Shown here: positions 13,701 through 25,598 of the stretch, piece after piece
How positions within the stretch are numbered: position 1 is the first letter of the stretch
Layout: every line of letters begins with the position of its first letter
Assembly: GCF_006345805.1 (NCBI RefSeq)
Contig: NC_043003.1
Span: 50,034,001 to 50,098,000 of the forward strand
DNA length: 64,000 nt
DNA from: Octopus sinensis
Taxonomy: Eukaryota
Direction of reading: 5' to 3'
Notes under the pieces: generated by a model
The model's input: only the letters and a program-made list of their open reading frames with translations
Databases searched by the model: none
Told to the model about the DNA's origin: nothing
Translations under genes and position numbers: made by a program

Positions 13701-14249
13701 GACGTCATAAAACGTAAACAAAATTGAGTACGTAAAGAACGAGAGAAACTAATGGAAAACAAGACAAGTAACACAAAAAAAGACCCTTCATCTGTTGTCG
13801 GCTGTTCCACTTATTTCGAGCAATGAAGGACAATATAAAACTTTAAAGGCAGTTGCTTCCGCAAACCAAAATAAAATTTGGCATTTACGGAGGGTCAAAG
13901 CTGGTAACAAAAACAGGACATACAACAAACCAAACGAAGCAAAGACAAACAGGGAGGGCCGTTAGGCCAAGACGAAGTGAGGTAGCGAACACTGGAAGAA
14001 GATTCTTTGATACGAGAAAAGATAGGAGAGGAGACAGATAAGAATGCGTCTGGACTGCGCGACAGACTGAAGAAAAAGAAAGATGATCACGTGAAGAAAG
14101 GAAAGATGGACGAAGGTCACGTGTGAGCAACGAAAGAGAGAAAAGGAGGAAGGGGGAGAGACAGACAGACAGACCGATAGAAAACGGTGAAGGGGAGAAA
14201 AAAGAATTAGAGAAAGGATGAGAGAGAAAACGAAAATGAGAGATATATA

Positions 14250-14672
14250 TTTGTTTTCCAATGACATGGTTCTGGATTCAGTCCCATTGCGTGGCACCTT
14301 GGGCAGCTGTCTTGTACTATAAGCGCAGGCCGACCAAAGAGTGGTGAGTGGATTTGGTAGACAGAAACTGAACAGCCGTTGTATATGTGTGTGTGTGTGT
14401 GTGTGTGCGTGTGTGTGTGTCTGTGTGTGTCTGTATGTGTGCGTGCGTGCGTGCGTTTATATTTCTGTCCCACACCACCGCTTGACAATCGGTATTGGTG
14501 TGTTTGCATCCCCATAACCTAGCAGGTCGCCAAAAGAGACTGATATAATAACTACCAGGCTTAATAAAAGCATAATTCCTGGCATCGATTCATTCTGCTA
14601 GAAATTTTTCTAAGTCATGCCCCAGCATGGCTGCAGTCTAATGATTGAAACAAGTTAAAGATAAAACATAAA
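14250..14672 (+). mobile_element. SINE-C copy, diverged
   Basis: gtcccattgcgtggcaccttgggcag...gatttggtagacagaaactg...gattgaaacaagttaaag. Confidence 0.8.
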
Positions 14673-14849
14673 AAGTATGTATGTATGTATTTTTGTGTCG
14701 AAGTATCAAGTTTGATTGAGTCAAGCATTGTGAATGCCCATCGATAAGGGGGTGCACTGGGCCGAAGCCTGGCGATCGAAACCTAACGACAGGCCTGGCA
14801 TTGTGTCCGGCGTGCTAACGATTCTGCCGGCACGTCCCCTTATTTAAGG

Positions 14850-15072
14850 TACGAGGGGGTGCTGAAAAGTTCCCGGCTTTGGGTAAAAGAAAATACAGGA
14901 GGATCAGTTAATTATGATTTTATTCAACATATTCCCCTCTCAGATTCACACATTTCTTGCAGCAGTCCTTCAGTTTTTCTAAGCCCTGTAAAAGAACTCA
15001 GAGGGTTGGGCCTTTAATCAGGCCTTTCGTGACACGCTTAAAGCCAGCAATTTTTCAGCACTTTATCATGTA
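14850..15072. mobile_element. Mariner-derived MITE
   Basis: Left end tacgagggggtgctgaaaagttcccggcttt; right end aaagccagcaatttttcagcac...ta; TA termini; same family as 53121-53306. Confidence 0.8.
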
Positions 15073-15134
15073 TCTTAACGTCTCAAGGAATACATTAATT
15101 TGGATACACGTTTCTGTCCGTTTTTAAGAATATA

Positions 15135-15820
15135 TACGTGGACTGATCAATAAGTATCAAATTTTGCCAAAAGCTTGGCGATATCTGCTCAGATTCCTAC
15201 GCAAAGTTTTCATCGTTCTCGACACAATCAAAGAGATCTTGTGCAACTGAAACCCGAGTGTCTTTTTGGTCAGCTGAAAGCAGTTTTGGTACAAACTTGG
15301 CAGACACGCATCTCGTACCCAAATCTTCAGTGATAATGGACTGAACTGAACCGTAACTAATCTACACATCCTCTGATAACGCACGGATGGTGATTCGACG
15401 ATTTCCCCTCAAAGCTGTACGCACATCTGTGATGTTTTTCTCAGTTCTGCTAGTTGCGGGTCTCCCAGAACGTTCGTCGATATCGACATTTTTTTCGGCC
15501 ATCTTGGAAACGACTGAACCTCTCGTACACTTGTGTGCGGCTCATACGCTCCTCTTTCATACACTTTCTGCAACTTTGCCGTAGCCCACTGAACAGGTAT
15601 CGCCATGACAACTTTCTCTGTCATGGTCAATGCGACGATCACACGCTACACACCTTCCTTCCAAGCACTACTGTAAACAGGGGGAGTAAGCTAGAACGTC
15701 AAAACTTAGTACGGATGCAGAACAGAGTTCAAGGTCAATGTTTGCGGAGCGACTTCACTTTGTGTGCTTTAGCTTCGTTACTAGGGCAACAATCCGGATA
15801 CTTATTGATCATACTTCGTA
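15135..15820 (-). mobile_element. Internally deleted mariner (transposase N-terminal remnant)
   Basis: TIRs cgtggactgatcaataagtatc (15137-15158) and gatacttattgatcatacttcg (ending 15818) with TA on each side. Minus strand gives DERSGRPATSRTEKN...ISYGSVQSIITEDLGTRCVSAKFVPKL, a typical mariner DNA-binding region. Confidence 0.9.
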
Positions 15821-16460
15821 TTATGATCTGATGGAATTTTTTACTGCTATTTCTAGCTGATCGAGCGATCGTAAAGTGGTTATTTCTCTTCGGCTCATAT
15901 TTTCCCAAGTCGTATATCACAGCAAGGAGGAGTGGGGGTTTGTGTTGTTTCATGAACATGTCTGTGCACGTTATCATAATCTGCGCAAGAATAATATTAG
16001 TGGAGGTGGGCTTTAAAAGGTCACTCTTGATCGTACTAGTCAGTTAACATTAGCTAAAATATATGATACATACTTGTTAGATAATATGGCTTGATAGCAG
16101 ATTGTGAAGAGGGTGAAACATGAGTGTTAGCACTGTGTCTAAATAACAGATAAATGTAATGAACGAATTAGCAAGAAGGTATGCGTGCATGTGTGTGCGT
16201 GCCTGCGTGCCCATGTGCGTGTTCGTGTGCGTGTGTATGTGTGTGGTTGTGTAGAGAGGGGGCTAGTTAGGGGGCTGGGGAAGACCATGAAGCAACAATA
16301 TCTTTCTTGTTTGGACTTGTCAAAATGGTGAGTGCCCAATTTAAGCGTTCTAGTTCGGTTTGCCGACTGTGACTTGTTTTATTATTATTGCCCGGGTTTT
16401 TCTTGGGAAAATTAGGAAAGTCACAAACCCTGTTTCGAAGCGTCCTGAAGTCAATGTGGC

Positions 16461-16963
16461 TATCGTAAATCCTCGAGTATAATCCACATTTTTTTCCCAA
16501 AAAATTAAAGGTCAAAATCCCTACTGCGTACTATATACGAGGTTAAAAATGAATATTATTTTCTAAGCATTGTCCGAGTCTCGATTTGCTGTCCAGCAAT
16601 GTTTTAATCAGACGCATTTTGTAATGTTGGGCGCGGAAATACCTTAAGCTAAGCCTGAAAGCAATGAAATCATAAAAGAATCATCCATAACTTGCAATAA
16701 GCAACAGTTATTAAACGTTATTACTGTTATTTCTTTATTTTCTGCAAACAAAATGCACAGAAAAGCTACACGTTTGCATTATGTTATATGTACAATAATG
16801 ATAAAGGACGTTACCGTATACATTTTTACAAACCAAGGACGTTATATAGACCTCCTTGACTCAAGTTATTATACGCAAGGTTTAGATTTTTCAGAGGTAC
16901 ATCCCCCTAAAAAACCCCTGCGTATTATACTCAAGGGCGGACTATACTCGAGGATTTACGGTA
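16461..16963. mobile_element. Tc1/mariner-superfamily MITE
   Basis: 23-bp TIR (t/c)cgtaaatcctcgagtata(a/g)tcc at 16463-16485 and 16939-16961, 2 mismatches, TA TSD. Confidence 0.88.
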
Positions 16964-17039
16964 CATACATACATGCATACATACATACATACATACATAC
17001 ATACATACATACATACATACATACATACATACATACATG
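16964..17039. repeat. (CATA)n microsatellite
   Basis: Direct reading. Confidence 0.95.
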
Positions 17040-17042
17040 TAA

Positions 17043-17210
17043 GGAATACTGGTGGAATGTACCGGTAAGATCCCAATAAAATGTAAGCACAGCAGACCTG
17101 ATATAATGATTTGTGATGGAGAAGAGAAACTGTGTACAGTTGTGGAAATTAGCTGCTCAGCGGATGTTAACGTGAAGCTGAAGATTACTGGAACTGTAAA
17201 AATCTGTAAA
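17043..17210 (+). mobile_element. Fragment of a LINE restriction-like endonuclease (RLE) domain
   Basis: EYWWNVPV / KCKHSRPDIMICDGEEKLCTVVEISCSADVNVKLKI matches the PD-(D/E)xK RLE of R2/R4/NeSL-group LINEs. Confidence 0.75.
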
Positions 17211-17289
17211 ACTTTCCAGAAGTTTATCAAATATATGTGAGCATGTCTAGATATGCAACTCTATGTATACATGAGAATACAATACATAA

Positions 17290-17465
17290 AATATACAAAT
17301 CTGCACATACACACATACATACATACATACATACATACATACATACATACATACATACATACATACATACATACATACATACACACATATATATACACAG
17401 ACATAAACATCTCTGTGTATACATACACGCACAAACACACGTGCTTTCATACATACACACGTAGA

Positions 17466-17496
<31 letters not shown>

Positions 17497-17704
17497 GGAT
17501 GTATATATAATAATATAAATAATATATAAATATATGCGTATATACATACACATATGTACATGCCTACATATATATGTATATATGCATGCATATATGGGTA
17601 CAAAAAACGTTATGTATGTATATACGTATGTATATATCTATATCTATATATATGTATGTATGTATATACATTTCAATACACATATACATACATACACACG
17701 TATA

Positions 17705-17751
<47 letters not shown>

Positions 17752-17766
17752 TTGTGTGTGTGTGTG

Positions 17767-17798
<32 letters not shown>

Positions 17799-17820
17799 AT
17801 ATATGTGAATGTGCATATGC
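17290..17820. repeat. Compound TACA/TA/TG microsatellite
   Basis: Direct reading. Confidence 0.9.
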
Positions 17821-18129
17821 GCATAGACAGATGCATGTGTGTGCGTTTGTATTAATTTGCTCTTTCAGGATGAATTCTGTTTCCTTTCTGTAGAAAGATT
17901 CAGTCAACTTTTTTTTTTTTTACATATTTTTATCATAGACTTGAGTGTGTGATGTGCATTAAGTTTAACTAACCGGAGGCAATTGGCCCCTTTTGGGAGG
18001 AATTTCCACTCCCAAGAGTAATACTTTTCATTCGAGAAAGGAACTAGAGAGGAATTTACAACTTATGCAAAATATTTTAATTCCTATGCTGGGGTTAATT
18101 TATTGAGGTGCCGGTCACGTAAGCACGCA

Positions 18130-18186
18130 CACACATATACATACTTACATACGTGCATACATACATGCATATATATGTATATATAT

Positions 18187-18229
<43 letters not shown>

Positions 18230-18319
18230 TTATATATGTATATATATATGTATATATATATATGTAAATATATATATATATGTATATATGTATATGTATA
18301 TATATAATATATGTATATA

Positions 18320-18355
<36 letters not shown>

Positions 18356-18410
18356 CTATATATAATATATATACATATATATATATATACATATATTTAT
18401 ATATATCCAT
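18130..18410. repeat. Imperfect (TA)n array
   Basis: Direct reading. Confidence 0.95.
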
Positions 18411-19815
18411 ATATACTTGATACTTTGATAGGTTTCGGCCATTATTGGCCCAGGCATGTCTAACTTAATAGCACCACCTGGTGAAGTCTTTCAAGTCAGA
18501 ATTTGGGCACTATGGCCTACTCAAGTAGAGAGTTATTGTTTACAGAGACATATCCGGGTGTAGGGGGTTTATCCGGGATTTCTTGAAGGAATCTGTCCAA
18601 AGACTTCTTGAACCTATAGGGTCAGTTTCTGTTTTAATGTGTTTGGTGTAATGTTAAAGAGAGCGGGGCCAATTGAGGTGAAATAATTGTGCCGTATTGT
18701 TGTTATGAGATGAGAGTGCGAGTTTGTTTTGAGCGGATGGCACGGGGCTCAAGCCTTGGATGTACCTTAAAGGTGATGCCAACATCATTTGGGCAATGCT
18801 GATGGAATATTTTCCACATCATGCAGATGATGTAGCGCTCACGACGACGTTGGAGAGAATAGAGTTTTAGCTTTCTAGTCGACCCCATAGTCGAGGCCTG
18901 TCATGCCATCTATCTTTTTTGTGATTGCCCTTTGAGGTGCTTCAACTTTATGATACCTTGTATGTGTGTGGGGAGACCACAGTGGACAACAGTATTCAAG
19001 GTGGGGTCGGGCAAAAGTGGAGAAGAGAAGGATAATGGTGGATATCTCTCGACTGGAAAGTTCTGAGAATCCAGGAACACATTCTGCGGGCCATGTCAAC
19101 TTTGGTGTTTATATGAGTGGCCCAGCTTATGTTGTTGTCCACAATTACTCCCAAGTCTCTGATGTTGTTGGACGCCGCGAGAGTTTCACCTGAAGGAGGG
19201 AGTATGGAGTTCATCAGCATCCTCTTTTCCAAAGTGGATTAGCTCAATTTATCCTCGTTCAGCAGCATATTGTTTTTTCTGCCCATTGGATAAACAGCCA
19301 GTAGATCTGACTGAAGGCATGTCCGGTCACTCGCCTCATTTATGACCTTCTGTAGCTTGGGTCATCTGCAAAGATTTTATGTTGCTGTGCTTGATGATGT
19401 CATTAATGTCATTAATGTAAATGATGAAAAGAAGTGTGCCCAGCACAGTGCCTTGCGGAACGCCACTACTGACTTTGGCTTGGCTTGATTTTACCCCTTC
19501 AACTACAACATGTTGAGATCTGTCTGTCAGGAAACACTTGATCCATATTCAGTACTTTCCAGAGACACCAATGTTGGATAGTTTTTTCAATAGGATCTTG
19601 TGATCGACCCTGTCGAAGGCCTACTGAAATCAAGGTAGATGACATCGGTGTTGAGCCCCTCCCAAGCTCTCAAAATGTCCTCAAAGTGATGCAGGAGCTG
19701 CGTTAGGCAGTCCCTTCCATTACGGAACCCATGTGGTTGGAGATCAGCCGTCTGTTGCTTTCCAGAAATTGGGTTATTCGAGATCTCACCACCCTCTCAA
19801 TACCTTGATGATAAT
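18411..19815 (-). mobile_element. 5'-truncated CR1/L2-type LINE (RT domain and 3' end), frameshifted
   Basis: Across frames: HGFRNGRDCLTQLL, DVIYLDFS, SSGVPQGTVLG.LLFIIYINDINDI, FADD, RPHLEYCCPLWSP, LKLYSLQRRRERY. Confidence 0.92.
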
Positions 19816-19819
19816 ATAT

Positions 19820-19871
<52 letters not shown>

Positions 19872-19879
19872 ATATATAT

Positions 19880-19918
<39 letters not shown>

Positions 19919-19945
19919 CATATATACATATATATAATAATACAT
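19815..19945. repeat. (TA)n array between the LINE and the Penelope-like element
   Basis: Direct reading. Confidence 0.95.
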
Positions 19946-19946
19946 A

Positions 19947-21456
19947 ATTGCCCCACTGAACTCATCTCCCTATACCTCGACCGCATCCTGTCCCCCTTAG
20001 TCGCGCAGCCTCCCATCCCACATACACGACACCAACCACGCCCTCCGTCTCTTCAATTCCTTTTCTTCCCTTCCAGCCCTCACACCTCCTCTTCACTTTA
20101 GATGTAAAATCCCTGTACACAGTGATTCCCCACAATGACGGTCTCCTAGCCCTCCAACACTCCCTCGACCGTCGTCCCGACCCCACCCCCAGCACCCCCA
20201 CCCTTCTCCGTTTGGCTGAGCTCGTCCTCGCCCTCAATTGCTTCACTTCGCCGGGAAACGTACCAACAGTTGTCCGGGGTCGCGATGGGAACTAGGATGG
20301 GCCCCAATTTCGCCAATCTCTTTCTTGGCTACATTGAGGCCCAAGTGTTCTCCCAGTTCTCTGGGCCGACCCCCAACTATACGGTCGCTATATCGACGAC
20401 TGCGAGGTGCCACCTCCCTTTCCCGTGAACTTCTCTGCCATTCATCTCTTTCCTTTCCAACTTTCACCCCTCTCTTCAATTCACCTCCACCATCTCCACA
20501 CCTCTGTCAACTTCCTTGACATCTCTCTCCGCATCGATCACCCCTCCATCTCTCTCACCACCACCACCGCCTTTTTTAAACCTACGGATTCCCACCTCTA
20601 TCTATCTCAACTTCTCTTCCTCCCACCCCCTTCCACACCAAACGAGCCATCCCCTACTCCCAGTTCCTCCGCCTCCGACGTTTTTGCAGCCGCGACCAGG
20701 ATTTCGAGACCCAATCTCAATACCTGGCCCGCATGTTCAGACTCCGAGGTTACCCACCCATACTCCTCTCTGATGCCCTCACCCGCGCCCGTCGCATCGA
20801 CCGCACTACCGCCCTGTCTCCTTCCCCCCGCCCACCCCCCAACCGCACCCCCCCTTCCCCTCCTTTTCCACCCCTCTACCCTACCCCTTCGTCGCAAGAT
20901 ACTACGTGCCTTCCGTCGCCTCCAGCTTGATCCCACCACCCGCCCCATTTTCCCTAACCTACCCCTGTCCTCTTTCAAACGAGCCCGCAATCTGCGTGAC
21001 TCCTGGTCCACAGCACCCTCTCTCCTTCCCCCTCAGCCCCACACGGATCATTCCCTTGCTCTAGATCCCGCTGCAAACCTTGCCCCTTCATCACCAACAC
21101 CACCGCTGTCACCGGCTCCAACCTGCAACACTGTACGCATTAGGCACTCTTTTACGTGCACCTCGTCTGGCCTATTTTACTGCATTAAATGCAACCTATG
21201 CGGGATGCTGTATGTAGGACAGACGGGACGCCGGTTGTCCGACCGTTTCACTGACACTTGAGGGACGTTCGCCTACACTCTCTTTCTCCCGTCGCACGCC
21301 ACTTCCGCTCGGCCGGCCATTCCCTAGATGACATCTCAGTGTTTGGTCTCGCCCCCCCCATGGTCGCCCACTTTCCAGGCTCCACTTGGAGCAACGCTAC
21401 ATCTTCACCCTACAACTACCACCCCACACGGACTTAACACAGCCCCCTCCTCTTGA
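19947..21456 (+). pseudogene. Penelope-like element ORF (RT + Cys-rich linker + GIY-YIG endonuclease), frameshifted, 5'-truncated
   Basis: Motifs LFTLDVKSLYTVIPHNDGL, YQQLSGVAMGTRMGPNFANLFLGYIE, GRYIDDC, PCSRSRCKPCPFI, FTCTSSGLFYCIKCNLCGMLYVGQTGRRLSDRF, and GLNTAPSS with stop TGA at 21454-21456. Confidence 0.93.
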
Positions 21457-21481
21457 GATCCGTTTTTTTTTTTTTTTTTTG

Positions 21482-24250
21482 TGGACACACCACCCACACA
21501 CACCCCACCCACCTACCTCCCACACGCACACACCCACCCACCTACCTCCACACAACCCACCCACCCACCTACCTCCCACACGCCTGTTCACACACACACA
21601 TACGTAGACCCATCTACGTACATACATTCACACATTTAATCACACACCTTACAGACATACTACTAACAACACTAACATACAAACCAACATGCACATACAC
21701 ACACACATACATACATACGCACACACATACATACTTACACACACACACACACACAGACATACATACCTACACACATACACACACACATACATACGCAAAT
21801 ACATACACCACACTCACACCACACACACCGCACGTACATACTTCACACACACACATGCAAACATACATGTAGGCACATACATACATACATACCTACACAT
21901 GCACACCCTTACACTGAATGCACACACACATACACACTTTTTGCAATCCAAGTAGCCCCCCCTCTTTTCTGCCTTCCGGTTTGGCTGATGGATCCTCGGT
22001 TCCCGCGTAGCGGGGCGTTCGAGGGCCTTTGCGCTCGCGCGCCTTGGCGCGCGCTGGGGGCTTGGTCGGCCCTTGGGCTTGCGTTGTACTGCTTGTGCGT
22101 TGTGTGCGTGAGCGCGCTTCGTGTGTGTGGGCTTGCTTCGGATGTGCGCGTGCGTATGTATGCATACATACCCACACACTCGCATGCATCCCTACCCACA
22201 TACATACACGCACACCTACTCACCACACACACCTACACACACATACCTGCACACACACACACATACATACATACACATACATACCTACTTCAGACATACA
22301 CACACACAGACATACACCCATACACTCCCACTCACAATCATACCACACACAAATACACACGCACGTACACATACACACACACCACACACCTACATACATA
22401 CATTACACTTGTATACACACACACTTACATTCATACACACTCACACCTACACAGCCTACCCTCACTCAGACACACACATCTACCTACACACACACACAAA
22501 CACACACGGACACACACCCATACATACATACATCTACACACACACGCTACACACATAACATACACACATACATAAACACACACCATACACAACACACATA
22601 CGCACACACACATATACTTATACACATGCACACACACACACATACATACATACACCCATATACATACACACCACATACCCACATCTCCTATACGCACATA
22701 CATACCACAGACATACACCATACACACCACACAAACATACACACCACACATACTTACACACACACTCACCTGCACGCGCACACCATGCATGACAAACACC
22801 CATACACTCACACTCACATACGCACACACACAACATAAACACGCACACCACACACGCCCACACACACACTACACTCCCACACACATAACACGCACCTACA
22901 TACACACACGCACGCAATAACACCCATACATTACACACGTACACACACACCTACATACACATGCATACCACACACCACACAAACATGCACGGACACACCC
23001 AGACATACACACATACACCTATATACACACGCCCACACACCTACATACACACACATATACACACGCCCACACACCTACATACACACACATACATACACAC
23101 ACATACACGGACACACCCATACATACTTACATACATACACCTATACACACCCCTACACACCTACATACACACACATCATACCACCACACACACATGTACG
23201 CACCTACACACACATACAACGCACATACATATATACCCACACACATGCACACACACACACACATACGCACATGCATGCATGCATGCATGCACACGCGCAC
23301 ACACTACACGCATACACACACACACACGCACGTACACATACATACATACACACACGCATACATACACCCATACCATACATGCATCCTACACACACATACA
23401 TACACACTCACACATACATACACACACACACACTCACTCACACACCTGTATGTACGCGCACACACATGCACATACACACACTTCCCCCACCCACACGTAA
23501 TACATACACCGCACAACACATACACACACACACACACACACGGACATACATCTATGCACACACATACATACACACATACTCACATACATTCATCGGACAC
23601 ACTGCCACCCGGACATACACACAGACACACTCACACATCCCCACACACATACATACTTACGCACATACTCGCAGGCGCGCGCACGCACGCGCTTGCGCCG
23701 GTTCGCGCACGCATACGCAATCGCAGGCACCTCGCTCTTGGACCGACAAGACCTCCCGCCCGTTCCTGGGACCGTCGCGTGTCGTTGGGTTTTCCCACGC
23801 CCCTCTCCGCGGGACCACTCTTCCATCTTCCCCTCAGCTGGAGTCCTTTTTCCTAACCCCCCCCCCCCTTTTTCGTTACACACACGCGCACACATATACA
23901 CACATTGCTTAAATATATACATTACTCTACAACACATTCAATCTACTCGCCATTAATACCACCACGACACTGGACACACACACACACTACTCTCAACACA
24001 ACACACGCTGGCACGCACATACGCGCCCCCACCATCGCCCCCACCCCTTCCCTCCCTCCCTTCCTCTTCCTTCTTTTTCTTACTACTGACCTTGTCTGCT
24101 AAGCTGCCATTAGTCCTCTCGCCACTCACACGCCTACACACAGACGCACCCACTAACACACACATATATATTTTTTGTGTTTTTCATCTCGCCTCACACA
24201 CACACATACACACACGCACACGCACACACTCACACATACACACACATCTG
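21482..24250. repeat. Highly irregular AC/ACAT low-complexity region with GC-rich islands
   Basis: Cryptic (AC)n/(ACAT)n sequence; islands at about 21955-22160 and 23670-23870. Confidence 0.9.
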
Positions 24251-24410
24251 TTGCGTTACCAACCTTATCTCCACTCTTTTGCCTTTAAAACCCACTTTGG
24301 CTCTGTTTTCGTAAACAGCCGCCTTTCACCATGTGCAACTCGTAAACCCAGTCGTCTTTTTTCTTTTCCCTGTGCCCGCTCTGGGATCTTTCTTTCCTCT
24401 CTCTCCTTCT

Positions 24411-24480
24411 TTATGTTTCCGCAAGAGAGCTCCGCTCGAAACGTCATACCTCCCTGCTTCCATTTCCTGAGCGCCTATTA
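24411..24480 (+). ncRNA. Degenerate type I hammerhead ribozyme motif
   Basis: cgcaaga (vs CUGANGA) 24420-24426; stem II gagc-tcc-gctc; GAAAC 24438-24442; cleavage triplet position reads GCC (24473-24475), but GTC in the homologous copy at 58419-58421 (minus). Confidence 0.55.
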
Positions 24481-24537
24481 TAATAAATACTTAATTGTTC
24501 CATTGTTGTTGTTTTTTTGTTTCCCTTTGGATTAAAA

Positions 24538-24593
24538 ATATATAGTATATACCTATATACATCATATATATACATATATATATATATATATAG

Positions 24594-24624
<31 letters not shown>

Positions 24625-24852
24625 CATATACCTATATACATATATATATATATATATTTTACATATATTAATAACATATATATATACATCTATATATATA
24701 TATATATATATATATAGATATATATATTATATATATATATATACACATACATATTTATATATATAATATATCAATAATATATATATATAATATATATATA
24801 TATATTATATATACATATATATATATATACATGTATATATATACACTTATAT
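24538..24852. repeat. Imperfect (TA)n array
   Basis: Direct reading. Confidence 0.95.
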
Positions 24853-25295
24853 ACCAAAACTAATAATTCTTGTTTTAGTGAAAATATTTGAAAACTTTTC
24901 GTTGGAAATTTAAAACATCTTAAAAACTCTTTCCCCAAATTTATTTATAGAGAAAACACCACGCGTTTCCAAAAGGTGATTAAGTGTCGAAAGCCCTTAA
25001 ATATAAATCTCCATAACTTCAGTCAAGTTTATATTTCCTTCTAATGATTGTTTTTAAAGAATAATTTAAACAAACGCGCGGTAGCGCACACACTCATGAG
25101 GTGTGTATATGTATAAATATATTCGTATGTATACGTATATGTATATGTGTGTGGTGTGAATATATATATAAATTAATAATAGAAGGGTAAAATTTATTAA
25201 TCAAATTAATTAATTAATTAATCAATTAATTAACAATTCTACCTAGTAGATCCCGACGTTAAAATAACCTTTATAGGTAAAATTATCCACATAAT

Positions 25296-25410
25296 TATAA
25301 TTAGGGTTCAGCTAACTGCTTCACCACATACCGAAATTAGAAATAGGAGTTTTTAACTCTTATTTCTTATTTCGGTATGTGGTGAAGCAGTTAACTGAAC
25401 CCTAATTATA
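25296..25410. repeat. 115-nt near-perfect hairpin
   Basis: 55-bp arms (25296-25350 and 25356-25410), 3 mismatches, 5-nt loop tttta. Confidence 0.92.
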
Positions 25411-25443
25411 TTATATAATATATATATATATTATATATATATA

Positions 25444-25489
<46 letters not shown>

Positions 25490-25598
25490 AACGTGTTGTG
25501 TGTGTGTGCGCGCATCTATGAATTGTCTAAATTATGCAAAATGAAAATAGCACTGATATCCCATTTTGACAGATATATTTACCAAAATTAGAGTAAAT

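Larger units (their letters stand above)
19947..24537 (+). mobile_element. Penelope-like retroelement, probable full extent (ORF, AC-rich spacer, terminal repeat)
   Basis: ORF, then about 2.8 kb of AC-rich DNA, then a terminal segment with a hammerhead-like core, AATAAA (24482-24487) and an end abutting (TA)n; bounded by (TA)n on both sides. Linking ORF to terminal segment is inference. Confidence 0.6.

Noticed and set aside
17974-18043. 70-nt minus-strand exon with good splice signals
   Set aside because: Phase-incompatible with the 27.6-kb candidate and no recognisable peptide; shows that such signals arise by chance.
21689-23937. Many long H/T/Y- or V/C-rich ORFs
   Set aside because: Products of AC/TG low-complexity sequence.
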